From the NCBI GenBank assembly GCA_030390025.1, contig CM059431.1:143594001-143658000 (forward strand): DNA of 64,000 nt, read 5' to 3'. The position numbers and the translations under genes are program-made. Below are positions 50,141 through 62,957 of the stretch, one piece after another (the first letter of the stretch is position 1; each line of letters opens with the position of its first letter). This DNA comes from Squalus acanthias (Eukaryota). A model generated the notes under the pieces. That model saw only the letters and a list, made by a program, of their open reading frames with translations, was not told the origin of the DNA and made no database searches.

Positions 50141-51258
50141 ACTCTTGCTCCATGGCACTTAATATCCCATACAGACTAGTTCAATTTTCCTGCTCGCTAG
50201 CCGTACCTATTAATAGTATATATTCCATGAAGTTAATATATGTCCATTGACGTTAATGGAGAAGAAAATCGATTGCGGTGTAAAAGTGTCTCCCGGTTCA
50301 CTGTAACCCAGTTTCGTGAAACTGGCTGAGACCAATTTCACCCCGTTGAGTCTGGAGGTGACAAAAGCAGGGATCAATGTTAAAAAGTAAATCATGCATT
50401 AATTGTTATCACACACTATTCCGCCTGTGCCATAGTTTATGTGATACATCTGAGAGGAATACTGTGCTCTGTTCACTTCTCTGTAAAGGTAAAGTGCCGT
50501 GTTTGCACCGTCACTGTAAGAAAACATTGGAGGAAGAACTGAGATCAATTGACCTGTAAATGTGCAAAGTTCTGGCAGAAAGACTGAACTCATTATTCAA
50601 GTCTTCCTGAAGAGAAATGTTTGAAATAATGTTCGGATATTATTGGCAGAGGGATTGTCGAAGCCAAGTGTGGTCTTCATGTGAAGCATCTTCAGAGGCT
50701 GGGGAATAATTGCAGCACGGCGCACTCATATACTTCACTTCTCATTTTAGAATTCTGTCCTCATTTTTATCTAATACTTTGATTATTTGAAATAAAACTG
50801 CAAAGCCAACGGTAATTTGAGAAGCAGAGTTTGGTGGAACGTATGGGGTTCCTCTAGAGTACAGGCAGATCATCTAGGAAAGCACGACTTTGTTACATTG
50901 TAGGAGGAAATTTTAACTTGAAATTATGACTAAATGCGACAACCAGAATTACGGTTTTCCAGCCAGGAAGTGTACACAGATTATAGAAATTCCACATATT
51001 ACAGGTAGAGATAAAGAAAGATAATGGGGGCTTAAAACTGTGTTGTGGGATTATAGGTACAAATGCTTTCAGCCTTTCTCTGTATTTCACCTCCTTAATA
51101 TATTAGCTGAAGATTTTTCTACCCCTTTACATTGCTGTCGGTCTCTTGAACCGTCTGCTCAGATGCCTGGTTGTTCACCGGCTTTCTGCTGAATGATTCT
51201 GAGCGAACCGAGTTAGACAAACCTCAATATTTGTACCTCTAATCATTGTGTCTTGTAG

Positions 51259-51352
51259 GTATGTTGAAGAACATATACAGAAAACGGGAGTTGCAACAGA
51301 AACACAAGGATTTACCTTCGTCACCAGTGGCAGGAAAAGGGAATCGCTCACA
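51259..51352 (+). CDS. Dynamin/EHD-like GTPase exon (G2 region)
   Basis: TAG|G YVEEHIQKTGVATETQGFTFVTSGRKRESLT|GTGAGT; phase 2 to 0. Confidence 0.85.
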
Positions 51353-51823
51353 GTGAGTAATCTCATGAATCATCACCGAGCCCTGGCTCATTCTGTGTCT
51401 CTGATGGACTGTCTGGGAAGGAACTTCAATAAACACTGAACTAGAGGATGCCGTCTTCTGAGCCTAAGTGTGAGGGATCTGATCTCCCTCCTACCCGACC
51501 CGAAGCCCTGGAAATACCATTAATAGAGTGTGTAAACTCGGTTATTGTGCCCCATCCTCCGTCCCAAGCATGAATTTGACAGCATAGCTGTATGTATAGG
51601 AACCATGGGCAATTTCTACCTTTCTAGCCCAAAGGGTTGTGGTTATTCTGCTTTGAGATGAGGAAACGCAGCACGGACCAGTGAGAGAGATGGGGAGTTA
51701 CTTATATGTCTTGTAACTACACAGGGAAATATTCAACTAAAAGCAGCTCCAAAAAGGAACATTTTAAACAAATTACGAGGACTGAGCATTTATTTCCTCT
51801 AATGTTTGTTTTTATTTTCACAG

Positions 51824-51878
51824 GGCAAGGCTACACTCCACCTATACCCGCAATTTCAAGCTCTGGAACAGATCGAAG
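51824..51878 (+). CDS. Dynamin/EHD-like GTPase exon
   Basis: TTTTCACAG|GKATLHLYPQFQALEQIE G|GTAAAT; phase 0 to 1, fits both neighbours. Confidence 0.85.
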
Positions 51879-52221
51879 GTAAATTCACAGCGACTGTCAG
51901 TATTCCAGACAACAGGAGGGGGAACGCTCACTTTCTCTCTCCCCTCAATCCAGTGAAGTTTCCACTGTTGAACTGTGAGCCTTTCACAGGCAGGATGTCC
52001 GACAGATTAATCGACGGTGCCTAAATATTGAAATTAGGACCCGCAGGTTTAAGCAATGTAGCCTTGGAAAGTGAGCACGTGCTCTATTGGAGGTGAAGCA
52101 TCGAATGCAAGCTGTGAAGATGATAGACATTTTGTGTGAGTGACTCGTGCTTGAAGTTGTAGGTTGATGGACAGGTGATTGAACTGTGCTTACTGGAAAA
52201 AGTTTGGTCTTTTGCGAGCCA

Positions 52222-52330
52222 GAAAGAGACAAGAGAGGAAACAACAGAGATAGAGAGAGAGAGAAAGAGAAGATGAGAGAGAGCGACAGAGAGAAGAGAG
52301 AGAGAGAAAGACGGAGATAGATAGAGAGAT
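52222..52330. repeat. (GA)n-rich microsatellite
   Basis: Imperfect GAGA run. Confidence 0.85.
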
Positions 52331-53009
52331 ATGGATGGATTGAGAGAAGTTTCTCTCCATTAGAACAAAGACAGTTAGCGGTTAAGAATTCTGCAGGATT
52401 GTTGCAAGGAGAATGGAGAAAAACTATTCCCACAGGTGGGTGAATCTATAACTTATAAGCTTTCGATTATAATCAGAAGAGGGGAGTGGTTAGGAGTTGT
52501 TTTAAGCAGGTGGTTGTTAGGATATGGAGTGATCTATCAGAAATAGTTGGGTACACAGATTCAGCATAGTTTTTAAAAGGGAAGGGAATACATATTTCGC
52601 AAAGGAAAACATGGGAATTGGGAAAGGGTGGGGAAATGGGACTAAGGGGTTTGCTCTTTCAGAGAGCAAGCGCAGCCACAATGAGCCGAATGGCCACCTC
52701 CTGCACTGTAAAATTCCGCGATGCGGTTTGCTTATTGTCCTGATCCATCTATTTCCAATCTATATGGGATGATTTACCCTTTATTACAGTAGGTTTTATG
52801 TGGCAAGTAATACAAAGGCCGGGATGCTGGGAGCACGCATCAAAGAGCTGGGTTTGAATTACAGGGCTTATCGGGTCAGCCGGAGCTCCGTGGCAGCATC
52901 ATCACCTCTGAGTCAGAAGACAGTGGGTTAAAGGACTCCAGGTCTCGAGCACATAGGTTGCCTGATATTTAAGTGCAGTAATGAGGGAGTGCTGAATGGG
53001 AGATGAACG

Positions 53010-53345
53010 CAGGGTATCGACACTAAATGGGGAACAAACAGAGTATTATAAACTAAGTGGTGAATGAACAGGGGGGATATAAACTAAATGGGAAATCAAC
53101 TGCAGAATAGGAACTAAATGGAGAATAATCAGGGTAATAGAAACTAAATGGGAAATAACAAGGGAATAGACACTAAATTGAAAAATGCACGTGGAATACT
53201 CACGGAGAATGTAAAATCAGTGAGTCATATACAGCGGGATAGAAATACAATGTGTCATAAACGGCGGAATGCAGACTAACTGGGAAAGAACAGGTGTAAT
53301 AGAATCTAAATGGGAAATATAGAGGAGAATAGGGGACTAAACAAG
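53010..53345. repeat. Degenerate ~30-bp repeat (ACTAAATGGGRAAT core)
   Basis: ACTAAATG-like core recurs about 10 times. Confidence 0.7.
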
Positions 53346-53354
53346 AGCGTGTTC

Positions 53355-53790
53355 TGGCACATTTTGATACCGAGACAACATTTAGGATATTCGGACAGAT
53401 GACCAAAAGTTTTATCCAAGAGATAGGTTTTAAGGAGCGGCTTAAAGGAGGAAATAGAGGTAGAGAGGCGGAGAAGTTTACAGAGGGAATTGCAAAGCTT
53501 CGGGCCCAGGCAGCTGAGGCACGGCCGCCAATAGTGGAGCTTTGAATAGCGCAGATGTGCAACAGGCTAGAATTAATGGAGCTCAGTGATCTCGGAGGGC
53601 TGTAGGGCTGGAGTAGATTACAGAGTTAGGGAGGGTCGAGGCCAAGAGGGATTTATTGAACACATGGATGTTAATTTTAAAATCAAGGCATTTGCAGACA
53701 GGGCGGCAAAGTCGGTCAGTAAGAATAGGGTTGATGGGTGAACGGGACTTGGTGCCATTTAAGATACGAGGAGCAGAGTTTTAGGTGAGG
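53355..53790 (-). mobile_element. L2 LINE 3' fragment
   Basis: Reverse complement of the sequence type at 22930-23330. Confidence 0.75.
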
Positions 53791-54350
53791 GGGAATATGA
53801 ACTAAATGGGGAATAAACAAGTAAAATACCAACGCATAGAATGAAACATAGAACAATTTGCGAAGCAGAGAAGTAGAGGTCGGTGAAGTATACGTTCTTC
53901 TGTGCATAAAGGTTGATGAGCTGAAAGATTAAAAAAACTGAGGTACCACAGCACCGCCACTGACAGGAGGGTGGAATTACAGCATAATGTTCCCATTCAG
54001 TTTCTATTATAAAATGGACACAGAAATTTATAATTTGTAAAATGTTGATGGAAATGTGTTACAGAAACATGACCTTGGAAAAGTTGCAGACAGGAATTGT
54101 ACACAGACATAAGACTTTTTTTGTAATATTTATGATATAGCCATCTCTTCAATTCCATTGCGGGATATTATCATTAAATCTATTTTGGAATTTAAATTAA
54201 TTTACTATCAAGGGAGGTTGATGAATAAAGAAAGCCTTTCGCGACTTACAGACACACCAACATGAACTGGAAAGTCCTATTCCCGCAGCTGAACCTGGAA
54301 TTCTGGAACAACTTCTGCTCCTGCTCACTGCTCGTTCTGTTCTCCCACAG

Positions 54351-54491
54351 GATTGGCAGACTACCTGGACACCGAGATCAGCACGTCCAAACAGAAGCAG
54401 TTTAACCTGGTGACCTTTATCGATACCCCAGGGCTTGTGGATGGAGACATGACCTATGAGTTTGATGTTGATAAAGCGCTTATCTGGCTGG
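54351..54491 (+). CDS. Dynamin/EHD-like GTPase exon with G3 motif
   Basis: CCCACAG|GLADYLDTEISTSKQKQFNLVTFIDTPGLVDGDMTYEFDVDKALIWL G|GTAAGA; DTPG motif. Confidence 0.92.
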
Positions 54492-54589
54492 GTAAGAGAT
54501 CAACCCGCACCGTGAGAAACACACCAGTGCTCGATCATTGGAAGTTGCTGTCAACTCATTTCAATATCAAAATCTGGCAGATTTCGATA

Positions 54590-55020
54590 ATTTGGTTTTA
54601 TATTCATTCTCGGGATGTCAGCGTCACTGGCAACCTTGGCATTGATCGCCGACCCTTAGTTCTCCTGAAAATGTGGTGGGGGAATTTCTTCTTGAATTGG
54701 TGTTATATTTTCTGTGATGTAACTAAGCCACTCCAAGTTTACTTCAGAGTCGAGTTGTCAAACCTACTGCTGAGGGACTGGAGTCACGTGCATGCCAGAT
54801 CGGGTAAGGATGACAGTTTGACTTCCCTAAACGGCTTTAATAAACCAGTTAGTTGTTTATGACAATCCGCCAGCCTTATACTCAGGTTTACTAATATCAG
54901 CGTTTTCTTTCCAGATTGTTTAAAAAAATGAATCAAATTCTTATTTTCTGTGGTAGGATTTGAATGCATGTTTTGCTCGATTTCTAGTCCAGCAAGTTAA
55001 ACACTACACTGCCGTACCTA
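54590..55020 (-). mobile_element. tRNA-headed SINE, same family as 59705-60140, degenerate
   Basis: Reverse complement of the head, the GGAGTCAC...CCAGA..GGGTAAGG body and the LINE tail. Confidence 0.7.
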
Positions 55021-55538
55021 ACCCAATGTATGCTGGAAATCGGATGACAAAGGAAACATGGAGAGCCCCGAGGGATACCTGGGAGCCTGAACACCAATGA
55101 GCAAGGAAGGTTCTTGTTCTAAGTTATTTCGTTGTATCTGTGTTCAGAAATGAACCTACGTCCAGCCTTCCCCGCAAAGAGCTAATAATTAAAGGGAAAC
55201 AGGAAGAACTTTGTTCAGGAACAGCATTAACCAGAATGACAGAAGGTTCCATTTGTACAGCGGCTTTAGACAGAAAATGTCGAATGGCGCTTCACCGAGG
55301 TTAGAGAAAAATAAATCAAGTGATAAAGGAAAAGACAAGAATGGATAACAGTTATAGGGTTCAGAAACCGAAGAAAGACTTCTATTTAAATATTAGATTA
55401 AATAAGCTGTTTAAAGGTGGATCGCCAAGTGAGAAGTTTAATGGGAGAGTTTGAGTGAGTGATAAAGTATTTGATAATAGGAGTGGGGTAAAGCCTGCAG
55501 AGCAAACTGTGGGCGAGGATGAGGATTTTACATTCTTT

Positions 55539-55719
55539 GGCCTAGAAATTCGGCTCGGGCGGTGGCCAAAAACGAGCGGTATCGGATCGGCCGCCCATTG
55601 TTCGCCGTGCCTGATATTCAGTTCTATTGCAGTCAACTGAATTTCAGGCGCTGCGTAAAACGGGCGGCCGATCCGATACCGCTCGCTTTGCGCCACCGCC
55701 CGAGAGAAATTCCTAGCTC
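55539..55719. mobile_element. Palindromic ~180-bp MITE
   Basis: Arms CTCGGGCGGTGGC..CGAGCGGTATCGGATCGGCCGCCC and GGGCGGCCGATCCGATACCGCTCG..GCCACCGCCCGAG; terminus GGCCTAGAAATT resembles the Harbinger TIRs above. Confidence 0.85.
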
Positions 55720-56863
55720 GCTGACTCTGGAGAATATGGAAACCGGGTAGGTCAGTGAAGATGGGAGTGATGGGCGACCAAAACTCAGTGCAAAAGGAAG
55801 TGGGAGGCGAGGCGACATTTTAAATGAGCTTGTGAAGCGTCTGTTGGCAATATTACATTTCATGATTTCTGGATTTGAAAATCCACTCAGGTAGTGCTTC
55901 TCTTTTTACCTGGTTTGCAATCCGACTCACTCTCCATAGTCCACCTCCACTCAGGAATCCACACCGGGTAGGGTAGATCCAAAACCGGTCGCCGGTAAAC
56001 GGCCTGCTGATTGCTCAGCCGGTGGTGAGCTTGCCTTGTTCTGCAGGGCCTGTGAAATGAAGTCGGAAGCGCACTGCCGACCAATGACAGACTACCCCTC
56101 ATCTCCCAATAAAGAATGCGATGGCTGGTCACTCAGAGTGTCCTGCAGTATAGCGGCGCCTGTCTCACCACATAGTGTGGGACTGGAGTCACATGTAGTC
56201 CAGACCGGGTAGGCATCTCCGAAGTGATGTTAGTGAGTGCTTGTTATAATATTCCAGCAGCCTCCATGGTCATTTTTTTGGTACCAAATTATTTCATTCT
56301 GTTGCAGAACTCACCATGGTGAGATTTCAATTCACAACCTCTGGGTTTCTAGTCCAGTACCACGACCACTTCACTACCACCCACTTCATGAATGGAGCGT
56401 TCTTTGTTTCCCTTTTGGGCTGCTTTCTCCATTCTGGAGAATAACTCTTGCCGGGTTCTGTTCCACGGGCGTGGGTGCCCTCTGGTACCTGGTGTGATTA
56501 GAGACTCTCCATATTTGAGCCAAGACACTGTGCGTGGGCTGGCCTTCCTTTGCTGCAACCTGATACAATGGAGCCCATTCGCTCCTCTCACCTTACCCGC
56601 ACGCGCAAGGAGTAAACAGCCAGGGATGAACGATGGGAGTCAGTCGCTGACTGGCCCTCACTGACCCAGGGCCCACTCAGTAAAGTTGCAGCGTCCAGTG
56701 CACCCCGGCAGAGAGTAGGTGAAGCAAGTTTGTACCGTCATAGGCTTCAGCCCCGCCCCTTTCAGAGCACTCACCCATCCATTGTGGTCATTTATTGAGC
56801 ATTATTGAGACACTGCTAACACCGTGTAAGTTTCCGAATTGTTCACTCGTTTTCTGTCTGCAG

Positions 56864-57024
56864 GTGAACAGGCCGATCTGATCTTTGTCTTCTTTGACCC
56901 GATGGGTCAGGCCCTGTGTAAACGGACCCTGAACTTGGTGGAAAAGCTAAACGAAAAACATGGCGATAAACTGAAGTTCTACCTGAGCAAATCCGATAAA
57001 GCTGGTCATGAGAGTGACAGACAG
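56864..57024 (+). CDS. Dynamin/EHD-like GTPase exon with G4-like motif
   Basis: CTGCAG|GEQADLIFVFFDPMGQALCKRTLNLVEKLNEKHGDKLKFYLSKSDKAGHESDRQ|GTACAG; SKSD is an xKxD motif. Confidence 0.92.
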
Positions 57025-59019
57025 GTACAGAGAGAGTTCACTTTATTGCACCTGAGAGTCCCCTTCGTGGCTGGATTTGCAAATTCAGTGATTTGATCAC
57101 GCTGCCCAGTGAAAAGTGCGGCCAATTAATAAAAGGCAGATGCGATGTGGAATCGATGCGTACAATGAGATTCTTTATAAACATCACCCCGAATCTCTCC
57201 TCCCACACACATTGAGTTGTTCCTTTTGAATGAGTAAAGAGTACTCTTAAAAAGACCCACCCAACTCATTAATTGAATAAGGATTCCGCAATTGAAAGTC
57301 ATACATGTTGTCCTTATTGTGATATAATTCCTTGATTTGATATTGCTATTTATAATTAAATAGTAACGCTTACTGCAATTTGGAAAGTTGATTTTGTTGA
57401 CGCTTCTTGTACGTTTTCTGCCGGAGATGCTAAGGAGCGTGGAGACGTAAATGTGAGACGCTACAGCGCCACCACAGGCGGGGCATAGTTACAGGCGGTT
57501 CTGCAGTTTCAAGTATAAACTTGGACCAAGGAATGTTTAAATGGAGAATGTGGCAACAGGAAGTTAGGTTTTGTTGACAGGAAGTACACGCAGGCATAAG
57601 GTTTTGAATAGGTCGTAGATAATAAAAGGATTAACACTTGCCAATAGCTGTCTGTAGCAATATCTGACAACGTGATTTGAATCCAGCGTTGGAATGGTTT
57701 GCATGATAACAGAGCAAGTTTCCAGGTCCTAATATTCAAGGTATAAGGTTTTGAGAGGCTTTTCACCCCTTATCACTAACTGTACAACATCCTGACTGTG
57801 CACCTGGACAGGATTGACGGCACGGCAGCATTTGCGGAGAGCTATGAACACAAAGTATAGTAACAGAGCTCTGGGATAAGATGAACAACGCATTTAAAAG
57901 AATGATTGGAGCGCAATGGAGGTCGCGCAATACAGATACCAGGCTGGACTCTATGGGACAGATTGGGGGTCTGGCTGTCTCGCACTAGCAATCCAAATGT
58001 CGGGATTTAAACACCAACCACAGCAAGATGTGCCATTGAATTCAATAAAATATGATAATTTCTGGACTGGGGCCAAAGGAAATTATGGTGAATGTTACTG
58101 AAGTTCAGAAGGAGGTAATGGATCCCCTCTCAGGATTTGATGAATCTTGTAGTTTTGGCTAACCTTCATTCCTTAATTAAAGCCACGAAAAGGACAGATT
58201 AACTGGTCATTTATCTCAACCTCAAGATTGTTCTATAAACTCAACTGGTGCCATAATGTCCTTTAGGGAAAGAAGCCTCCCCCATCTACCTGGTTTGGAT
58301 TACACATAACTCTAGTTCCGGGTAGATTTCGACTTTGTACGATACAGTAAAATGTGTAATAGCGCGTCGTCCGAATGTCGTTCATCTCCCCCGATTTTGA
58401 GTTTCGTTGAATTCAACGGAAGTAAAAAATCACCGGTTTTACACCATCGCACACATTCAAAATATACTCCGACGTGCTAAATCTTAATGCCCCCATCGCA
58501 ACCCAGGATGGGCAACAAATGCAGCTACACTGCGAGAGCAAATTTACACAGTGATCCCGTAAAGACACTCAGAGATATGAAACCTGGGGGCAGAATGTAA
58601 TGCATGAAAGCTTTTAACGCAGATTTTGCTACTTCTACTCCTTTATCAGCGGTTAGATCGTCCAATTATCCCCCCATTCACAGCAAAATAAAGCAGCAAA
58701 AGCAATGATTCCTAATAGGGTGTGAAATAGGAAACAAAAAGCTTATTTTGGGTTCAATGCCTCTATCGAAATAAAGGATCTGAATCAGCAAACTGTGTTT
58801 CCTAATCTAATTATTTTTGAAGCTGCTTTGCGTCTCCAGAATGACCTGCTTTGTTCCACGTTATAAGTATAGTCATTGTAAATCTTTGACTTTAGATGAA
58901 ATAACAATTTTACAGATCCAAAGTAACATTTTGAGGTCGATAGCGGAGCAGTGCACTGATTGCCTTTACCAATATCTCACATATTGCACAGGCGGCTCTC
59001 ATTTATTCCTAAACACTCG

Positions 59020-59420
59020 CCTCGGAATCAGAAGACCACCGGTTCATGACTCATTCTAGAAGTTATGTCCATAATCTAGGCTGACGCCCAGTGCAGTGCT
59101 GGGCGAGTACTGCCATGTGGGAGCTATCATCTTTTGGATCAGAAGTTAAACTGAAGCCTCTTCTGCTTGTTCAGGTGAACGTAAAAACTACTCTGGCACT
59201 ATTTGAAGAAGGTAGTGATATTGGCGAATATTCATTCCTTAATCAACGCCACTAAAAATAACTTAAGTGGTCATTTATCTCAATACCGTTTGCAGGAAAT
59301 TGCTTTGTTGCTGCGTTTGCCTGACAATAACAATGACTGTACTTCTGCAGTTGATTAACTGTGAAGTGGTTCGGGACTTTCTGTGGATTTGAAATGCTCT
59401 ATAACAGTAGGATTTATTTA
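59020..59420 (+). mobile_element. Deu-domain SINE (SacSINE1-like)
   Basis: tRNA-like head (CTCGCCTCGGAATCAGAAG..GGTTCA), CAGGTGAACGTAAAA..GGCACTATTTGAAGAAG body, L2-like tail. Confidence 0.75.
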
Positions 59421-59498
59421 TTTCTGAGGGGATGTTGTTTACTGATGTCCGGACATGTGCTGAGATTTATAGTGGAATATGTTTGTGTCATTCCTCAG

Positions 59499-59597
59499 AG
59501 AGTGATGATGCAGATAGTACAAGAGCTGTGCAAGAGACCCGGGCTGAACAAATGTGGCTTTGATATGCCGACCATCTACATCCCAGATGCCAACAAG
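59499..59597 (+). CDS. Dynamin/EHD-like GTPase exon
   Basis: CCTCAG|RVMMQIVQELCKRPGLNKCGFDMPTIYIPDANK|GTAGGG; phase 0 to 0. Confidence 0.9.
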
Positions 59598-59704
59598 GTA
59601 GGGCCGTGATTTCTCAAAGTTAATCAGGAATGTACAGACCTCACTGAAACAACGCCCTGTAGACGCAGCACGCGCGGCTTCCAATGTGTATGTTGGATAA
59701 GGAA

Positions 59705-60140
59705 CAGGTAGCATAGTGGTTATGTTACTGGACTAGAATTCCAAGACAGCTGGACTAATGATACAGAGACGTGAGTTCAGAATCCCACCACAGCAGGTGG
59801 GGAATTTAAATTCAGCTAATTAAATAAATCTGGAATAAAAAGCTAGTAGCAGTAATTGTAACCACTGAAACTATCGGATTGTCGTAAAATCCCATCTGGT
59901 TCACTAATGTCCTTTAGGGAAGGAAAGCTGCCGCCATTACCTGGTCTGGCCTATATGTGACTCCAGACCCACGGCAATGTGGTTGACTCTTAACTCCTTT
60001 AGAAAAACGCAACGAGAAACAATAATACTGTAGCGGTTCAAGAAGGCGGCTCACCACCACCTTCTCAAGGGCAATTAGGGAGTGTCAATAAATGCCGACC
60101 TTTCCAGCAACGCCCACATCCCAGGAACGAATAAGAAAAA
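59705..60140 (+). mobile_element. tRNA-headed SINE with the 3' tail of the second LINE family
   Basis: A box TAGCATAGTGG, B-box-like GAGTTCAGAATCCC; tail GGTTCAAGAAGGCGGCTCACCACCACCTTCTCAAGGGCAATTAGGG. Confidence 0.85.
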
Positions 60141-60369
60141 GGCTGACAAACTGCCTTCATCAATGGGGTAAATCCAACTGAAGCTAGATAACAATTTCAG
60201 TCATGCGGTGCTCCGTGTTGGGTGACTGCTGTTAACCAACTTCATAAGTGATTTAAATGAGATGATGCAATGTTAACAAGCCTCCCTATCAAAATATTTG
60301 TGCGTTGGTGTTACCAATTGTAATAATTTCCCCTTTAGTTATTCTCAACATACGGGTGGTTCTGTATAA

Positions 60370-60800
60370 ATAGCTTTTATTGCCCCCCCCCCCCCTCCCC
60401 CAAGATGCCTTGAGGCGATGTCGGGCATTCTCTTTGAATCACTGAAGGCCTTTTGATGCTCGTGCTCCCAGGGTGGTTTCAGGAGAGGAATTTCACGATA
60501 TTGACCCAATCCGGTGAATAAATGGCGGTATATGTCCCTGTGAGGGTGAAGTGTGCTTGGAGGGTAAATTGGGGATGTTGGTGTTCCCATTACTCTGCTG
60601 CTCTTGTTTTTATTTGCGGTCGAGTTCTCGGAGGAGGAAAGTGTTGTCGAAGAAACCTCGGAGAGTTGCTGCAGTACATCCTGTGGACCGTACACACAGC
60701 AGCTGCATTTTGTCGGTAGTGCAGCGGTTAGTAGTGGGTCGAATTAAGGCCGATTTGGGGAATGCGTCCCAGTGTCACAGATATCCTTCAATGTGTATCA
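60370..60800 (-). mobile_element. Degenerate second-family LINE 3' fragment
   Basis: Homologous to 4700-5150 (GAGTTGCTGCAGT.CATC...CACAC.GCAGC). Confidence 0.65.
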
Positions 60801-62254
60801 GTGTAGGCTGGAGCATTTTTACATGAAATACTCCAGGAATGTGTAGACAATGTAGCGGGACCGGTTAATGGCTGACAGGCAGGGAGGAAACGTGGTGTCA
60901 TAAACAATAAATCATTGACGATCCACAAGCAGTGTTACAAGGACAGTGGGGAGGTAAATATAGATTTAGGTTGTATTGCTGCAATAGTACAATATACATT
61001 AAAAACACTCTAACGAGGCTTTGACATGGTTCCGCTTGGGATATTGCAGATCATTTTGGTAGGCATAGATAGTGAGGGTGCAGGAGGAGAGCGATCACAG
61101 CGATATCCATTCAAAGGGCACTTTATTATTGGGATAGGCTTCATAAATTGAGCTGATTTTCAGAAGAGAAATGTTAGATCGGTGAAGATATCATTGAGGG
61201 CTGTAAATCGTTGAGGAGATTAAATTCTGCTCAGTTGTATGAGTTATTCGATCCCTGGGAGAACTAGGGACAGTGAGTATAAACCACGGCGACAAAGTGT
61301 TAGGTTAGACATTCGGGCCCAGAGTCCTCAAACTCTGGAACAGATCACTGAGCCATGCAGTGAATGTAGATTCATCACAGTCCAATCGGAGCAAAACGAG
61401 TTAGCGAGTTAGCGGTACAGTTCTGTTATTGGTAAGTCACGGGCTAGCTGGAGTTCTCGTGGTTATTGTACCCTCCTGTAGCTTTGCTCGATTACCTCAG
61501 AGGGTCGAAAACAATAGCCCCGAGTTTTTCCTCAATTTACAACTGTTCTTTTCTCTGTGTTTACCTCTCGCAAAAGACCGTATGACTGGGAGGCGGATGG
61601 TGGGGGTTTGGGGCGGCTGGTGGGAGGTTGATATTCTTAATGGGCTACAGCATGACTGCTTGGGATGAGTATAGGGATCAGAGGACAATTATCAGACTTT
61701 TTCCTGTGTTTGTTTGTATATTCTAATACCTAACATCACTCCCTTTATTGAACATCCTGGTAAAAGGCACAAGGAGCAGATGAATGTTGAAAAGAGCAGT
61801 AGAGCAGAATTATAATCGTCAATCATCGTCAGGTTTGGGTTTCAAAAGCCTGTGTTTTCTATCGCGAAACAAATAGTCACGAGGGCAAGGAACTTCTGGT
61901 TTCTGGGGTCCTTAAGGGTAATTTTATCTGTTAGTGATAGAGTTAAACGGGCGATAGCGGATCGACCGTCCTATACAAATCGCCCGATTTCCTTTCCATT
62001 GCAGTTATCCGATATCGATCCCATATCGCCAGTTTCCCACTATTGGACACAGTTAAAATGAATACCATTGTGTTCGTGTCGGAAACAGCGCCCCGAATTC
62101 TCAGTTAAATACAGCCTGGAGGTAGAGAGGTCGCAGAATGATCAGTTATTCATCGATGTGGATAAGAGAATGCACATTGTGTCCTTTGGAATGAGATGCC
62201 TCTAATTTATCAGTTGGTAGTTCCAATGTCTGTTTGTGTCTTTTGGACTGGCTG

Positions 62255-62400
62255 CCAACACGTTGCGTCAATCAGATCCAAGAGGTGTGCACGACAATAG
62301 AAAAGACGGTAAGCCGGACGGTTCAGAAGACGCTGAACCAGCTGGAGAAGGACTGCGAGCTGATCATCCGCATCACCAGGTGCCAGCTCGAGGAGAGCAG
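62255..62400 (+). CDS. Dynamin/EHD-like GTPase exon (helical region); acceptor non-canonical
   Basis: PTRCVNQIQEVCTTIEKTVSRTVQKTLNQLEKDCELIIRITRCQLEES AG|GTGAGG; preceded by CTG rather than CAG. The gene presumably continues beyond the window. Confidence 0.78.
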
Positions 62401-62559
62401 GTGAGGCTTTAGTGGGAGTTGTGTTCAGGACAGGTGCAGTAAGCCTGGGCAAACAAGGCTGGGAATTAACAACATTGTCAGAAATGGTAACAGAAAAAAG
62501 TATTATAACTGAAGAGGGCATCGGGACAAAGAGACTGGGATCGATATTCCTTTCTCAGC

Positions 62560-62828
62560 TCCTCTAATTCCGGGTTCTTGCACATCTCCGATTTTAATCG
62601 CTCCACGATTGGCGGCCCTGCCTTCAACTGCCGAGGCTCTAAGGTTTAGAATTCCCTCTCTAAGCCTCGCCACCGCTTTAATTCTCTTTCCTCCTTCAAG
62701 AGGTTCGTTAAAGACTTTTCATGTTCACTATTATCTCCTTATGTGGCTCGGTGTCAAATTATGTTTGATGCGCCATGGGACGTTTAACTACATTATAAGC
62801 ACAATATAAATATAAGCTGTTGTTATTA
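62560..62828 (+). mobile_element. L2 LINE 3' end
   Basis: Homologous to 23100-23420; ends TAAGCTGTTGTT. Confidence 0.78.
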
Positions 62829-62957
62829 TATCATGAAAATATAGATAGGAAAATTTGACTTATTTTCTTCAGCAGCTGTTATACTTCAAGATGATCCTAT
62901 CCAAGATTTCAAGTTAATGGGGTAGTTGACAAAGATTATTGTGAACTGTTCATAGTA

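Noticed and set aside
51984..52433. 149-aa Leu/Ser-rich minus-strand ORF
   Set aside because: Produced by the (GA)n microsatellite.
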